A stretch of DNA of 63,912 nucleotides, filler included, from Octopus bimaculoides (taxonomy: Eukaryota): the NCBI RefSeq assembly GCF_001194135.2. It is 7 parts of 7 records of this genome, joined end to end, with 100 filler letters (N's around TTAATTAATTAA, not from the genome) between each part and the next. Parts side by side here need not be neighbours in the genome. Positions count along the whole stretch, not along the records: positions 17,194 to 27,815 come from NC_068983.1; positions 27,916 to 42,110 come from NC_068998.1; 5 more parts are not named here. One strand, given 5' to 3'. Below the pieces are notes generated by a model. It worked only from the letters and a program-made list of their open reading frames with translations, was not told the origin of the DNA and did not search any database. The translations under genes and the position numbers were made by a program. Of this stretch, positions 26,818 through 40,006 are shown in pieces. Every line of letters begins with the position of its first letter. The stretch's first letter is position 1.

Positions 26818-27396
26818 CAGTAATACCTCCCTTTACGAAGACCCACTTTTATGATAAATATAAAAAGATTAAACAGTGGATAAAGCTTTAGAAATTTTTC
26901 AAGAACAAGATCCAAATTTTGAACAAAGTGCAAAAGTTTCTACTACCATAACAAATGCTTCTGCATGTCACCAAGAAATTTATAGAGAGTGAAAAAAAGC
27001 TTCTTCTAAGCAAACAACTCTAGACTTGTTTTTTAAAAAAAAATCTATACGTCCGTCCATGAGTGCTTGTGGATCAGCAATTGTGTCTACAAATGATGGT
27101 TTGTGTGAGTATAGTGCAAGTGAAAGTGATTCAGAAAACAATTATATTAATAATATCTTTTATTATAAATGATCTTGACATTCTTTTTACTTTCCATAAA
27201 ATATTCTTTACATTCTATTGTTGTTTTATTGCCATTTATTTACGAATATTATAAATGTTATAGTTAAAATATTTTTCTGGGAATGAATTACAATTTGTAA
27301 CATTGCTACTATGGGAAATTATTGCTCTGCTTCACAAGTTTTCACTTTACATGTGATCTCTGGGAACAAATTAATTCATATATCAAGGCATTACTG
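26818..27396 (+). mobile_element. Tigger/pogo-type non-autonomous element
   Basis: TA|CAGTAATACCTCCCTTTACGA...TCATATATCAAGGCATTACTG|TA. Internal QDPNFEQSAKVSTTITNASACHQEIYRE*KKASSKQTTLDLFFKK resembles the Tigger transposase C-terminus. Confidence 0.8.
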
Positions 27397-27533
27397 TATA
27401 TATATTTATAGGTATATTTTATATATGTCAAATGTTGGCGTAATATTTATAACTCACAAAATTATAAAACAGCTGTAAATGAATGGAATAAGCATATTCT
27501 CTCACCCACCTCACTCCTCTTAACTGTTTTCAG

Positions 27534-27589
<56 letters not shown>

Positions 27590-27590
<1 letters not shown>

Positions 27591-27795
27591 CTCGTACGGC
27601 TGATTGCCATGCTGGCATAGATGGATGGTTTGATATGGAGCTGTCCAAATTCTAACTGTCAGTTGTAGCATGGTTTCTACAGCTGGATGTCCTTACTAAG
27701 GCCAACCACTTAACAGTGTGCTGGGTGCTTTTTATGTTTCAGCATCATGGGTGCATTTATGCAGTGCCAAAACGGGTGTGTTAACGCAGTACCAG
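27590..27795 (-). mobile_element. Diverged RTE-type 3' tail fragment
   Basis: CCATGCTGGCAT...GTTTCTACAGCTGGATGTCCTTACTAAGGCCAACCAC matches the RTE 3' end at 61150-61310. Confidence 0.7.
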
Positions 27796-27915
27796 TATTA
27801 TATATATATATATATNNNNNNNNNNNNNNNNNNNNNNNNNNNNNNNNNNNNNNNNNNNNTTAATTAATTAANNNNNNNNNNNNNNNNNNNNNNNNNNNNN
27901 NNNNNNNNNNNNNNN

Positions 27916-28193
27916 TTTTGGTAGTCCACCCAGGCCATACTGAGGCCTTTCTTCTTTCTGCGGCTGTCTTCAGTTATGGCTTTATTGATCAATAATTGAT
28001 CTTTACAGCCGTATGAGCCCTTGCAGCATCCCTTCTGCTCTTCTGGAAACAGGTTGTTATTTTCCAGGTGTTTACTCAATCTCTGCGATATTATTGCAGT
28101 AAAGGCTTTGTAGATCGTAGGGAGACAGGTTATAGGTCTATAGTTTTGTGGTTTCTCCGTTTCCGTGGATTTGGGGATTAAGATGGTTTTCCC

Positions 28194-28197
<4 letters not shown>
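27916..28197 (-). mobile_element. R4/Dong-type RT N-terminal subdomains; 5' end in (AAT)n, 3' part lost in gap
   Basis: KGKTILIPKSTETEKPQNYRPITCLPTIYKAFTAIISQRLSKHLENNNLFPEEQKGCCKGSYGCKDQLLINKAITEDSRRKKKGLSMAWVDYQ, with no stops in this stretch. Confidence 0.92.
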
Positions 28198-28259
<62 letters not shown>

Positions 28260-28260
28260 C

Positions 28261-28470
28261 ATTGAGCTGGCAGAATCGTTACAACGCCGGAAAACATTTT
28301 CCGGTTTCATGTTCTAAGTTTAAACGCCACCGAGTTCAACTTTGTCTTTCTTCCTTTCGGAGTCGATAAAGTAAATACTAGTTAAACACTGGGGTCAATG
28401 TAATTGACTCATCCTTCCCCTAAGATTACTGATCTTCTGCCGAAATCTGAAACAGTCATTATTACTGTGA
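28261..28470 (+). mobile_element. SINE family A
   Basis: GAGCTGGCAGAATCGTTA (A-box-like) head directly after (ATT)n, followed by the family body. Confidence 0.75.
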
Positions 28471-29399
28471 TTATGCAGGTGGTAGTTTTATGAGCAACTA
28501 CTAACTAGCATTCTTTTCATTTTAACTTTTTTACTTTCTCCAGCATTCCAATACCTCCTATCACTCCTTTGCTCCCTTGCCACCCAGCACCTGAAGGAAG
28601 TGGTGTGGTAACGTGTACTTTTGCAATCAGTGGCGTAGGAGATTCCATTTACGTTACCAAAGTAGGTGGAGCATTACGCAAAATAGCTCACATATAAATA
28701 TGTATACAGCGTCAAATTCATATGTTTACTAAAATGCATTTAGTACCGCTGTGGTAGTAGGCTCTGTGGTCAAGTGATACCGTTTTGAGTGAACTGCATT
28801 GAAGATCGAACTGACTAGTTTCGTCTTTTATTGCAGATGCATCAGGTATCGCTTTTCTTTTTTCAAGTTGCTGAAATAGCCCAAAACTACATTAAAACAT
28901 AAATATTACTATGAGTAGCACAACTTTATTTACAAAATGGTACAAGTTTGATACTTAGACATTAATAACTAGAGTACCAGTACAGCGTGGGTCATGAATC
29001 CTCATTCCACAGGGAGACTAAATATATGTTTATTAAGTATATGAATATACAATTTTTAATAATTTCAATCTTTGGAATCATCTCCCTTGTCTTTCCTAAT
29101 AAGAAATATCATTATTTTAGTTCAATGAAAATTATTTCTAGCTCATTGCATCATGTATATTAGTTCCCACAGAACGAAGTGTTCTTCATTAAGTGGGTTC
29201 CATTGGCCATTGTTATCATTTCACAACTGTAAATTGTCTAATCAGTGATACTAAAATCTGTTGAATTCAGATACGATCATACTTCGGGGCGATCTAATAA
29301 GACTGAAAATATAATGGAGTGCCCATCCTATTTATCAAATACTAGACTCATTCTCAGAGAATTCAGAGGCGTGTGATCTACAAGGGAGATTACTGTAGA

Positions 29400-31172
29400 A
29401 CACACTTAGCATTGTAAATGTATTTTTGTCTGATAACCTTGAAATCATGCCCAAAGAAGTCGCAGACTTGCGCTATTCCCAGCAGAACTATACACGACAA
29501 CCCCCACCTCACGCGATACATCACAGAGAGGATTGGTAAAGAACTTGGCAAGGATGGGGCCCTGATCAATTTGAATCCATCGAATGCTTTTGATAGTGTC
29601 AACCATCTGTACTTGGAGGCTGTCCCTAAGGGAATGCGAAGCGGTGACAGGAGCAATGATCAACCAAGAGAAGTCAGTGGGCCTGCAGCTCGGCACTTAG
29701 AGAGGCAGGCCCATGCCAACCGAGAGCGTGGTGGGGCGCTGGACGGAAGTTCCTGTTAAGTTGCTCGGGATCTGGTTCAGTCCGGATCTCCAAGTGGACA
29801 AGAACTGGGGAGAGGTGACAGGCAGGGTGGCTAGTATCACCCAGAAATGGGTTGAGAGGAAGCTGTCCCTAAAAGTTCGGACGGTGGTGACGAATACGTA
29901 CATTGCATCCGTCATATACTACCGCCTGACTGTCATCCCTTGCCCCGCTTCATGGCTGAAGGGGCTGGTGCGTTTGCTCTTCAGCTTCCTGTGGAAGGGT
30001 CAGGTACAACTTGTCAGACGCTCCATTTGCTGTAAGTACCCGTTGCATGGAGGACTGGGCATGTCATGGCTGAGGATGCGCAGACATGCGCTGAGGCTGC
30101 GACTACTCCAGCGATACCTTAACGGTGAGCGGGTGTGGTCTCCGTTTGTTGAACGCACTTTTCTGCAGCTCGTCTCCTTGACGGAGCTACAGTCCTGGAT
30201 CAGGCGTAGACCGAGACAGGGCGCTTGGCACCTAGAGTGTCTCCAAGCGCTTAAAGTCCTCGGTCAGTCGAGCAATGCGGTTGGTGGAAGTTCCACCTTG
30301 GAATTCTATAGGGGATTAGTGGAGGGCAAGAGCGACGACGTACTCGAGACGACTTGGGCGTCGAGGGGGATTAGCTGGCTGGTCTCTTCCGGAGGACTTT
30401 CGGCCGGGGAATTTATGGACAGCTTCCAGAAAGCCCTGGCCTAGCAGTGTTACCGGGGAGGAGTTGCTGGCTCGAGATAAGCTTTACAGGCACGAGTGTA
30501 CAGTCAGTAGGGCTCGTCCGAGATGCACGCAGAGCGATGAAACCGTTCTGCATGCTCTCGTACAGTGTCCACGCATTTCTGTCTTGTGGAGCTTTTTTGA
30601 ACAGTTATTGTCACATGTAGGACGGATCTGGCTATCATCCGAGTCCATTGTGAAGATCGACCCGCCTCCTTCCTTTGGCCGGGAAGGGAGGGCAATTTTC
30701 CTGTCTGGTGGCTATGGCAAAAGAGGTTGTGTGGTGGACTCGATTGAAAGGGTTGAAGTCGGGTACCTTCCTCTTTGGCCAAGGCCTCATTGACTTTTTC
30801 AGGTTCTATCTGAAAAGGAAAGTGATGCTAGAGCGGGAAGTACTGTCACCTAGTAAGGTGGGTGAATGTGGAAAAAAATGGCCCGCGTAAATTGGCCTAC
30901 TCTAAGTGTGCGCCTGTGGGCTGGATGGAAGGGAGAAGAGAGGGTGCCTTCATGAGGAGCTGTTGTTGTTAAGAGGTTCAAAAGTGCGTGAGGTCTCTTT
31001 GGTCACCTTACGGTGGAACTCCCCCCCCCACCTATAGGGCAAGTATATTGTCGATTTAATCTCTTTGTTAATTGTTGTGTTTGTTGGCTGTTTACACGTT
31101 TAACTTCACTGTCCCTCGTCTGTGTATCGTCCTCTGTGTTTTATGTTCGGCCCTGGTGGCTAAAAAAAAAAG
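29400..31172 (+). mobile_element. L1/Tx1-type LINE, 5'-truncated ORF2 with internal deletion and 3' UTR
   Basis: RT fragment IPSRTIHDNPHLTRYI...GALINLNPSNAFDSVNH; post-RT VKLLGIWF...WVERKLSLKVR...LFSFLWKG...HGGLG; Cys/His motif PRCTQSDETVLHALVQCP. Ends GGCTAAAAAAAAAGAA followed by (TTA)n. Confidence 0.9.
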
Positions 31173-31173
31173 A

Positions 31174-31218
<45 letters not shown>

Positions 31219-32541
31219 GTTATTTTTATTACCAATAATATCAATACGCTAACTTTTTGTTTTTGTACGCATCTGATGTGTGTTCAAAGAAGTGGCAAAG
31301 CGAGAGAGAGGAGGACAGAGAGGAAGTAAGAGAGAAAGAGAGAGTGAATGAGTGAGAGAGAGTGAGAGAGAGAGAAAGAGAGAGTGAGTGAGTGAGTGAG
31401 TGAGAGAGAGTGAGAGAGTGAGAGAAACAGCGAGAGAATGAGAGAGAAAGAGAGAGAGAGAGTGAAAGAGACAGTGAATGGTGTCGGCGTTCGTTTTGCG
31501 TTTTTAAATGTTTAAATCACATCGCAAGAGAAGTAGATATATAGATACATATACACATTGTTAAATCAAAAGCGGGAGTGAAGAGGGACACAAAGGAAGT
31601 GAAAGAGAAAGAGAGAAAGTGAGAGAGACAGTAGATACATAAATCCAAAGAAAAGTTCATACACAGATACATAGACACAGCAAATATTGGATGTCAATTT
31701 CATTTTTCATTACCACACGAGGATAAAATTAACTCACAAATGGCTGAGTACTTCACAGACATGCATAACATTAACGTAGTTCTTAGGGAGATTGAGCCTC
31801 AGAATATGACAAGGCTGGGCCCTTTGAATTACAGCTACAACTCGAGACATATATATGAATGTATTTGTGTGCGTGTATAGTTTAGGTTAGTTAAAACATG
31901 TTTGCAATAAGTGTCGCGTGGTGGAAATAAACGCCATTACCAAACTTTCATGCATAACTTCATTTATTATTTCGTTCTTTTGCATTTCAATTTGTACATT
32001 TGTACTCCTGATTATGTACAATGTACAAGCACATATGTAAAACGACTTCCTTTATTTTTTAATCATTACCTGCTGATATAGGAGGGACAGAGAGAGTGTG
32101 AGAGAGAGAGGGAGAGAAAGAGAGAAAGGAGTGAGTGGTGACTCAAAGGAAGGTGGTGTTTGTTTTGTGTTTTCAACTACAGCAGATATTGGATACTGTG
32201 TCCTATGCAAAAACTGTCTAATACATTCGTATATGTTTTTCAATTGAAACACTGAATCATTTTAGACATTTATTCTTTTAATAGCAAGAGAAAAACTGAG
32301 AGAGAAAGAGAGAGAGAGTGAGAGAGAAAGAGCTTGAAGACACAACTAAAGCAGTTCCAGTCAGTGGTAAAGTAACAGGTAGGTAGAGAGAGAGATAGAG
32401 TGGTGAAAACTTCGTTGTGGACTATCTGACACTTTCTGCCTCTCACTCTGTGTATGACTGTGGATGTATGTGCATGTTTGGATGTATATGATTGTGCTTG
32501 TTGCCGTTTTGAATTCCTTAAACAGCTATTAAAGGGCCACA

Positions 32542-32615
<74 letters not shown>

Positions 32616-32817
32616 TTTGTGTTGACCCATTTCAACTGCCACCATACACCAGATAACGTGGTAAGTGTTTTGCTCCAAAATTTAAATTTTGAATTTGTTT
32701 TCATTATAAAATTACACCTCAGCTAAAAAACATCTCTTGGGTTCGGAATACAACGTTGTCTTTTTCTTTCTACATTTCTTAAGTTAGAATTTCTGGCTCA
32801 TTTGTTAATGTGTGTAA

Positions 32818-33150
32818 CTCTTTTACTTGTTTCAGTCATTTGACTGTGGCCATTCTGGAGCACCGCCTTTAGTCGAGCAAATAGACCCCAGGACTTATTC
32901 TTTGTAAGCCTAGTACTTATTCTATCGATCTCTTTTGCCGAACCGTTAAGTTACGGGGACGTAAAAACACCAGCATCGGCTGTCAAGCGATGATGGGGGG
33001 ATAAACATAGACGCACAANNNNNNNNNNNNNATATATATATATATATATATATACATACACATATATACGACGGGTTTCTTTCAGTTTCCGTCTACCAAA
33101 TCCACTCACAAGGCTTTGGTCGGCCCGAGGCTATAGTAGAGATACTTACC
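32818..33150 (-). mobile_element. SINE family B (head truncated by (ATT)n)
   Basis: TTACTTGTTTCAGTCATTTGACTG...TTCTTTGTAAGCCTAGTACTTATTCTATCG...TTTCAGTTTCCGTCTACCAAATCCACTCACAAGGCTTTGGTCGGCCCGAGGCTATAGTAG. Confidence 0.88.
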
Positions 33151-33165
33151 ACACAGCCACAGCTA

Positions 33166-33326
<161 letters not shown>

Positions 33327-33346
33327 CATTATTATTATTAAATAAG

Positions 33347-33785
33347 GCAGCGTGCTGGCAGAGTCGTTAGCACGCTTGGCGAAGTACTTAGCGGTATTTC
33401 GCCCGTCTTTACGTTCTGAGTTCAAATTCCACCGAGGTCTATTTTGCCTTTCATCCTTCAGGAGTCGATAAATTAAGTACCAGTGAAACATTGGGGGCCG
33501 ATGTAATCGACTTATCCCCTCCCCCAAAATGGCTACCCTTGTGGCAAAATTTGAAACCATTATTAGTGGTGGTGAGATGGCAAAATCGTTAGGACGCCGG
33601 ACAAAATGCTTAGCAGTATTTAATCCGTCTTTACTCTCTGAGTTCAAATTCCACAGAAATTGACTTTGCCTTTCATCCTCTCGGTGTCAATAAAATAATT
33701 ACTAGTTGAGCACTGGAGCCCACGAATTCGCCTTAGTCGTCCCCTCGAAATTGCTAACCTTGTGCCAAAATTTAAAAGAATTATT
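33347..33785 (+). mobile_element. Two tandem SINE family A copies after a ~190-bp (ATT)n tract
   Basis: TGGCAGAGTCGTTAG (A-box-like) and GAGTTCAAATTCC (B-box-like). The 3' end CAAAATTTGAAACCATTATT leads into the second copy at ~33575. Confidence 0.88.
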
Positions 33786-34032
33786 AACATTATAAATCTA
33801 TAATGTTCAGGAAACCTGTTTTGTCTCGGCAAGTTTTTGACAAACATCATTTGTTTATTGCCAAAATTTGCCTAGACAAACCAGTAACATTGAGGTGTGG
33901 TTGTCTTTGTTGTGAGGTCTCCGTTCTGGGAGGAGACCGTTTAAAATTTTCCCTACCCAAATTACAATTTCATCGTAAAAAAACAATAAAAAGGCACTGA
34001 GGGAGAGGGGGGAGAGAGAAAGAAAGAGAGAC

Positions 34033-34066
<34 letters not shown>

Positions 34067-34314
34067 TGACAGACCTAAATTTGTTTCGGCATTACTTCTT
34101 GTGTTTCTCCTGCTATAGCTACCTGCAAAAAAAAAATTATAAACAAGGAGATGAATAAATTAATTAATTGATCAATTAATAGAAACTTCATCATTGCAAC
34201 TATAATAACAAGAGCATCACAATGGATATAGAAGACAACGTCTACAATAATAATAATGAACAAAAAACAACGAGAAACAACAGCAACAACATCAGCAATA
34301 ACAAACAATAATAA

Positions 34315-35700
34315 CACTGGGGAACACAGATCTGATACTTTTGACTTTGGGACTGTGAATCCAAAAATGACCCCAATTTTTCTGCATCGGGCCGACTTTT
34401 TTGAGCAACTGGTACGATACTCTCGCTTTGTCTCAAAAATTATATAAAATTCCGTACCTAACAAATTTGTGCTTAGTTTACTGAATGCTTTTAAAATTTA
34501 CATACAATGGAAAATAAAACTTAATTGCTGTAGAGTTTGAACAAATTTAATTTGTTCGCACAAAGGATATTGTTGCTGTGAGTCCTATTGTGTGCAAGTG
34601 GTTAAGGCAAAAATTTACGCTTGTATCTTTTCCTGGGGTGTTCAATCTGGGCATTTTTACTTTATGCTTCAGCAATAGCCAACCATCATATTTACATTCC
34701 ATCTATCCTGATACCATTTCCTCCATGACCTCCATATGCAGAGATGAGAATGTAATTTTCTTTATGTCAACAAGTGGCTCTTGTTGAATGTTCGGATCAC
34801 CAGGTCTGAGATAACATCTTGGAGGCCAATTCCTCTCTACCCAGTGCGTCTCTCAAGCTCTGCTGTCCTACATGCACAGAAAGCAGTTATGCTTTGTGTA
34901 TCTGCGCTGCTGACAAAGACGGACACATACCATTTTGAGGTCACCACAGATGATTCAATCGTACTTGTGATATTGCAACAACTCATCGACTCTCTTTATC
35001 TCTCCATATCCTTCACGAAGATTAAACTGAATGCCTAATTGGGACAGCACTATATAAATTGTTATTTTGGAGAAAGAGACAATTTAAGCTCCGCATTGAG
35101 TTATCGATGAGTAGTTACCATTCAGTTGAATGCTGGCACTGAATACTTCATCATGATGCACATTTTCAAGAGAGAGTATTTGAACGAAAACTGACACTGG
35201 GATTTCAGCTGAATGAAGCACTAGATTTATAGCTGATGGTAAACTAGGATACTCGAGTTTACCATTTGTTTTTCTTGTTATATCTTGAAATTTACCCTGA
35301 ACAAAAGTAACGGGATGTGCAATGACCGTTTGGTTCTCACCAAATCATAGGTATACCAAATAGAAACTTATCCTGTGTTCTCTTGGTTCACGTCCGCAAA
35401 CTCTAGACACACTGTTTGTACACCTTGTGAAGACAGCGGTCCAAGACTTGTCTTGATCACCAACTTTTACTTTAAAATATGCGAAATAGCTTGGTCTCAC
35501 AAATGCGCTGATGTTTACCCTTTAACTGAAAATTGTGGAACTGCCACAGATAAAACAAAAGGAATCGGGGCTGTTTAGGGAATTACGACCAATAGTAGCG
35601 TAAGGAGACATGATCTGAAAGAAAAGAAATAAGTATGAGAATAAAAATTAAGTTGAAGAGCCACATGCTTAGAAGAAAATTATGCTTACATAAGTTCTGT
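34315..35700 (-). mobile_element. Chapaev3-like (CMC group) DNA transposon relic
   Basis: Minus-strand fragments NSPDSFCFICG, YFAYFKVKVGDQDKSW, GIPMIW*EP, IICGDLKMV...QQRRYTKHNCFLCM*DSRA...WPPR...EPLVD match Chapaev3-type transposases as I recall them. Terminus TAA|CACTG at 34315. The other terminus was not clearly found. Confidence 0.75.
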
Positions 35701-36484
35701 TAACCCCTTGCATACAGATTTTTATATATTATTTGCAGAATGCGATACTAATCACCTAAAAAGAGCGGCCACAAGGGCCTGTTACCACTATCTCAAATAA
35801 ATATGTGTATTCTACATAAACATGTGTGGATATGCATCTAAAAATGAATATACATACGTACACATTCATGCAAACATACAATACATACACATACATTTAC
35901 ACAAATGTCTCATAAGAAAAAAAAAACGGTAGAAACTCAAGCCTCAGACCCCTGGACAAAATCCCGCCACACAACAAATCAACAGTTCATTCACTTCAAA
36001 GCCTTGTTATCTCTCCTCCTAACCTCGAATCCTTTGTCGCTCTCATATCCTTTACACTTTGAAATCCCTGTCGCTCCCAATCCTCATCACTTCCATATCT
36101 TGGCCACATTCATGTAATTTCTTGCATCTTTGCATCAAGTCAGCTTCCAATTTCCATCTTGAAGCAGGATTTTGACTCTTCAGGATTGAAGACCAGCTGA
36201 GGCATTTGATTTGTCAATGATCGTGAATTAGTTTTAGAAGGAGATGTGAAACTGACTACAGGCTAGCATGTTTTTCAAAATTCAGCCTAAAGTTACCAGA
36301 TTCTGATAGATTCCACTTATCAATAAAGTAATAAAACCAATCAACTGACCAATCTTATTACCTGTGGACAAATAATACAATCGTACTTATTCAGAGAGTA
36401 ACCTGATGCGAAATTTAGTCTAAACCAAGTGAAAAATCAGATTCAACAGAAATTATATTCAAAATTGTACCCTAGTGTAATCTT

Positions 36485-36630
36485 TTCTGCTATAGGCAAG
36501 GCCAGCGATTGCGAAGGGGTAGCCAATTATATCGACCGAAGCGCTCAACTGGTACGTATTTTTATCGATGCCGAAAGAATGGGAGGCAAAATGGACCACG
36601 GTGAAATTTAAACTCAGAACGTAAAGCCGA
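36485..36630 (-). mobile_element. SINE family A fragment
   Basis: ATATCGACC...CTCAACTGGTAC...GGCAAAATGGACCACGGTGAAATTTAAACTCAGAACGTAAAG. Confidence 0.7.
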
Positions 36631-37206
36631 AAAAAAAAAAACAACTCCCGATGACAATAATAATGAAATCACGAATAGCAACATCATCAACAGACTTATC
36701 TATAATAAAAAAGATTTTCCGGTTCTACCAGTTTCAGGTGAGTGGAGCAAAAGCAACAACAACTGCACTCATGCTAAAAAGAAAACAATGAATAACAGCA
36801 ACACCCCCACCGTACTATCAACGATGCTATCGCTTCTTTTGTGGCAGCAGCAACGCTATTCACCGGGAAATACATCCACAACAAAGGCTCTAAAATGTAG
36901 CTACATCTTCAGGCCTAGAGAAAAACTAGCAATTCAACCGCTAGAAATAAGAGAAGTCAATATCAGAGACCAACGTCACAACCCAGAAAAAAATTTCTCT
37001 TACCATCAACACAAACAAAAGATCTCCTTTCTCATCCATAAGTCCACCAATACACAAAGCTACAACAACGTTGAAAGTAACGTGCACATTTTGAAAATGA
37101 GTGGGTTGGACGAGAAGCGATCTACTTAGACTTTGTCACCAAGAAAGACTTGACTTTACCGGTGCGCTATATCCAAGAACGAACGAAGAAGAACCTTACT
37201 GACTAT

Positions 37207-37271
37207 GTTAGTCACATGGGTGTGTTGTTAACCCCATTTTTTTTAAATGCTCGTAATTTCTTGTTGGCAAC

Positions 37272-37324
<53 letters not shown>

Positions 37325-37768
37325 TTGCTCCCTTCCTCTACTCTTCTGACTCAGTGAGGGTGTGTTGCAGATGGTGTGGCGTTTTTGTGGCGTTTTTGTC
37401 TGGTCAACCCATGTGACTAATGCAGTTCAAGTTTTGAGTTAATGGATATTGTAATGGAGATTGCCTGTTATGTTATTTTTAATGTTAATATTCATCAGAG
37501 ATATTTAAAAATTCTACAAAATAGAGTATTCTGTGAGTATTTTCAAAATAAATGTAATCTGAATGTAAGAATTTTTAGTTTTTCCTTAATTTTATAACTT
37601 ATTTTATTTTATTGTTTTATATTAATATCTATCAGCTACAAAAGTTTAAAATTTTTCTGCGATGATTGCAGATATATCCTGAACCAACAGAATGAGTATA
37701 TCTTACATAATACTAAAACTATAAACATTTTTGTATTGGGGTGTGTAAAAACCCCCATGTGACTAACC
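37207..37768. mobile_element. Putative MITE with ~30-bp imperfect TIRs and internal (TAT)n
   Basis: GTTAGTCACATGGG...ACCCCA at 37207-37236 is inverted to TGGGG...CCCATGTGACTAAC at 37737-37767. No TSD identified. Confidence 0.5.
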
Positions 37769-38140
37769 ATGTTCAGAAAGGTCAGATGACTAGCGAATGG
37801 TTAACACTGCGCTGCCAAAAAGGGAACAGTTCTTCCCCTGCTTGGAAAATAATGGCTAGACCTAGCTCTGCTTAATGCGTAGAATAACATTTCTTCTATC
37901 TGTCAAGGTAACACTTTTAGAACAGTGTACCTGGTTTTCAAAATTGAGGAGGGTGCATTGTGTGATATACAAACGCAGTTGGTGTATAATACTACAGCTC
38001 ATACATTACTGACAAGCATATGGGTCGGTGCAATATGAGGGTCAAGAACAGTGATAATGATATTGACTCTTGGTTTGTCATCACGTTTGTTACACAATAT
38101 TAAATAAGCGCAGAGGTAACAAGGGACGACATGTGATCGG

Positions 38141-38330
38141 GTGGGGATCTTGATAAGCATACGAGTTCTAATGATCTACAAAGATTATAGAATTATACTG
38201 AGACGATGTTCGGTCGAGGTTGCGGAAGGAAAATCCATGCGACTGGCGGTGCAAGATGGAAGGTCTAGTTGCTACATATGTGGCAGTAAAGGTTATTTAA
38301 AGTCTCTTTGGCCGGAAGAATTTGATAAGT
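38141..38330 (+). pseudogene. Possible gag-like/ORF1 relic of a non-LTR element (degenerate CCHC knuckle)
   Basis: RSSCYICGSKGYLKSLWP equals C-x2-C-x4-H-x4-C with H to Y (TAT) and C to W (TGG), each a single-base change. Confidence 0.45.
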
Positions 38331-39385
38331 GCAGAAGAGAAGAGCAGTTAATCCAGTAGCAATAAGTGTGAGTCCCAAGGTCTGCTGTTTCCAGAACACC
38401 ATCTTCCGCACTTCCAAGAATGATTGAAAATTTCATCACGTTGAAATTTCCCAGAAACTGACGGCCAGGAAACCAAATAATACTTTTTCAGTATTACTAC
38501 GCCATTGTATTGCAACAAAGAATAGAAAACGAACAGGAAACGGGAGTGGGGGGAAAAGAAACATCCCCACAAAAGAAAAATGAACCTGGTGAAGGCAATC
38601 AGAATGGAGGCAATCAAGATGGAGTCCACATTCACTTCGATGATAATCATGGCACTTCTGACTATATGAAATGTGTAGAAGATAGGTTACTTCTAGAGAC
38701 TACTATTGTGATCAGCCTAGAATTATACATGGATCAAAACAACTGTAGGCCCTTACTTTCCTGCCCTAACACCGGAATTACATACGGAAATGTTGTACTT
38801 TCTTGATGAATAAATCAAAGGAAGATAATAATTAAAGTTGTGGAACGTCCAGGAGGTTACTCTCTGTTATACTTCTTTTAATTATGTCTATGTTAACATA
38901 TATTTTATTTTGTGTTAGAAAAATAATTAACGTCTTAATATATTTTATAACAGCTTCACCCTTCTTGTTTTATAGAAATTTTATTGTTTGTCCCCGCATA
39001 TTTCATAGTATCTTTGTGGACGCTTTATTATATTAATAATGAAAACAATTGGTACTTAAAAGCGAAAGAACTATTGTTGTTGTTGCTGATGATGTTGTTG
39101 TTGCTGCTGTTGCTGTTATTACTGTTACTGTGAGGATGGGCTTGGCATGTATAAACATCTCTATTGCTGGCTCTGAGCAAATTGAATGGTAACCGAATTT
39201 TATTAAGATTTTTCTTTTTTGAATATTTTGCCTACAGATTTTTGAAAAAAATATGTGTCCATTTTGTATACTTTACTATGGAATAGATTGTGGTTGAAAA
39301 TGTCTACCTTATATTTTGTAAACATCCGGTTTCTTATGTTTCAATGTTTTAAACAATTGTGATAGAAAAGATGAGAAGCAAAGTC

Positions 39386-40006
39386 GGATCTATTTTAAAA
39401 CGGGGGCACCAGTTTTCATTTATGTTTTATGTAGTGTTTTTGGTACCGAAAGACTTTCAAACTTCGTATACTTATTTATTTTGTGTTATAGAACAGAAAA
39501 AAATTTTGTATTCGAATTTATTTCATGTAAAAAATTGTCTTATTTCGATAATTTCTACTAATCACTGACGTCTATTCAGTTGAAAACAGTTAGCGCTGTA
39601 ACGGTGTATATCGTATTAATCCCCTAACCCTAACCCTAACCCTAAAACTAACCCTAATTCTAGAATCCGAACTCTAAAATTGTTACACACACAGATACGC
39701 ACAGCGTAATTTATTATATAAACAATATATGCGTATAAATTACGATTGAAATATGTCACAGGGAATAACATTTTTATGACCGCCCAGCAGTAACTCTATT
39801 CAGCTGAATAGACGTCAGTGATTGGTTGAAATTACAGAAATACGACAACTTTAATATGGAATAACATGCGATGTACATTTTTTTGTTAAGAAGACTAAGA
39901 GTAAAAGATGTTTTATATGACACATTCTACCAGTGTCCCAAGTTTCAAAGTGTTTCGTTAGTGTTTCGTTAAGAAAATACTGGTGCCCCCGTTTTAAAAT
40001 AGATCC
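39386..40006. mobile_element. Merlin-like MITE inserted in a SINE family A copy (host ~39355-40135, minus strand)
   Basis: 27/27 TIR GGATCTATTTTAAAACGGGGGCACCAG. 8-bp TSD GCAAAGTC at 39378-39385 and 40007-40014. GG termini with an 8-bp TSD fit the Merlin/IS1016 superfamily. Confidence 0.85.

Noticed and set aside
36788-37129. 113-aa ORF in A-rich unique sequence
   Set aside because: No motif or splice support; its length is compatible with chance or a decayed TE.
39621-39657. (CCCTAA)n as a true telomere or chromosome-fusion scar
   Set aside because: Only about five units, partly degenerate, and internal to a TIR/TSD-bounded element.
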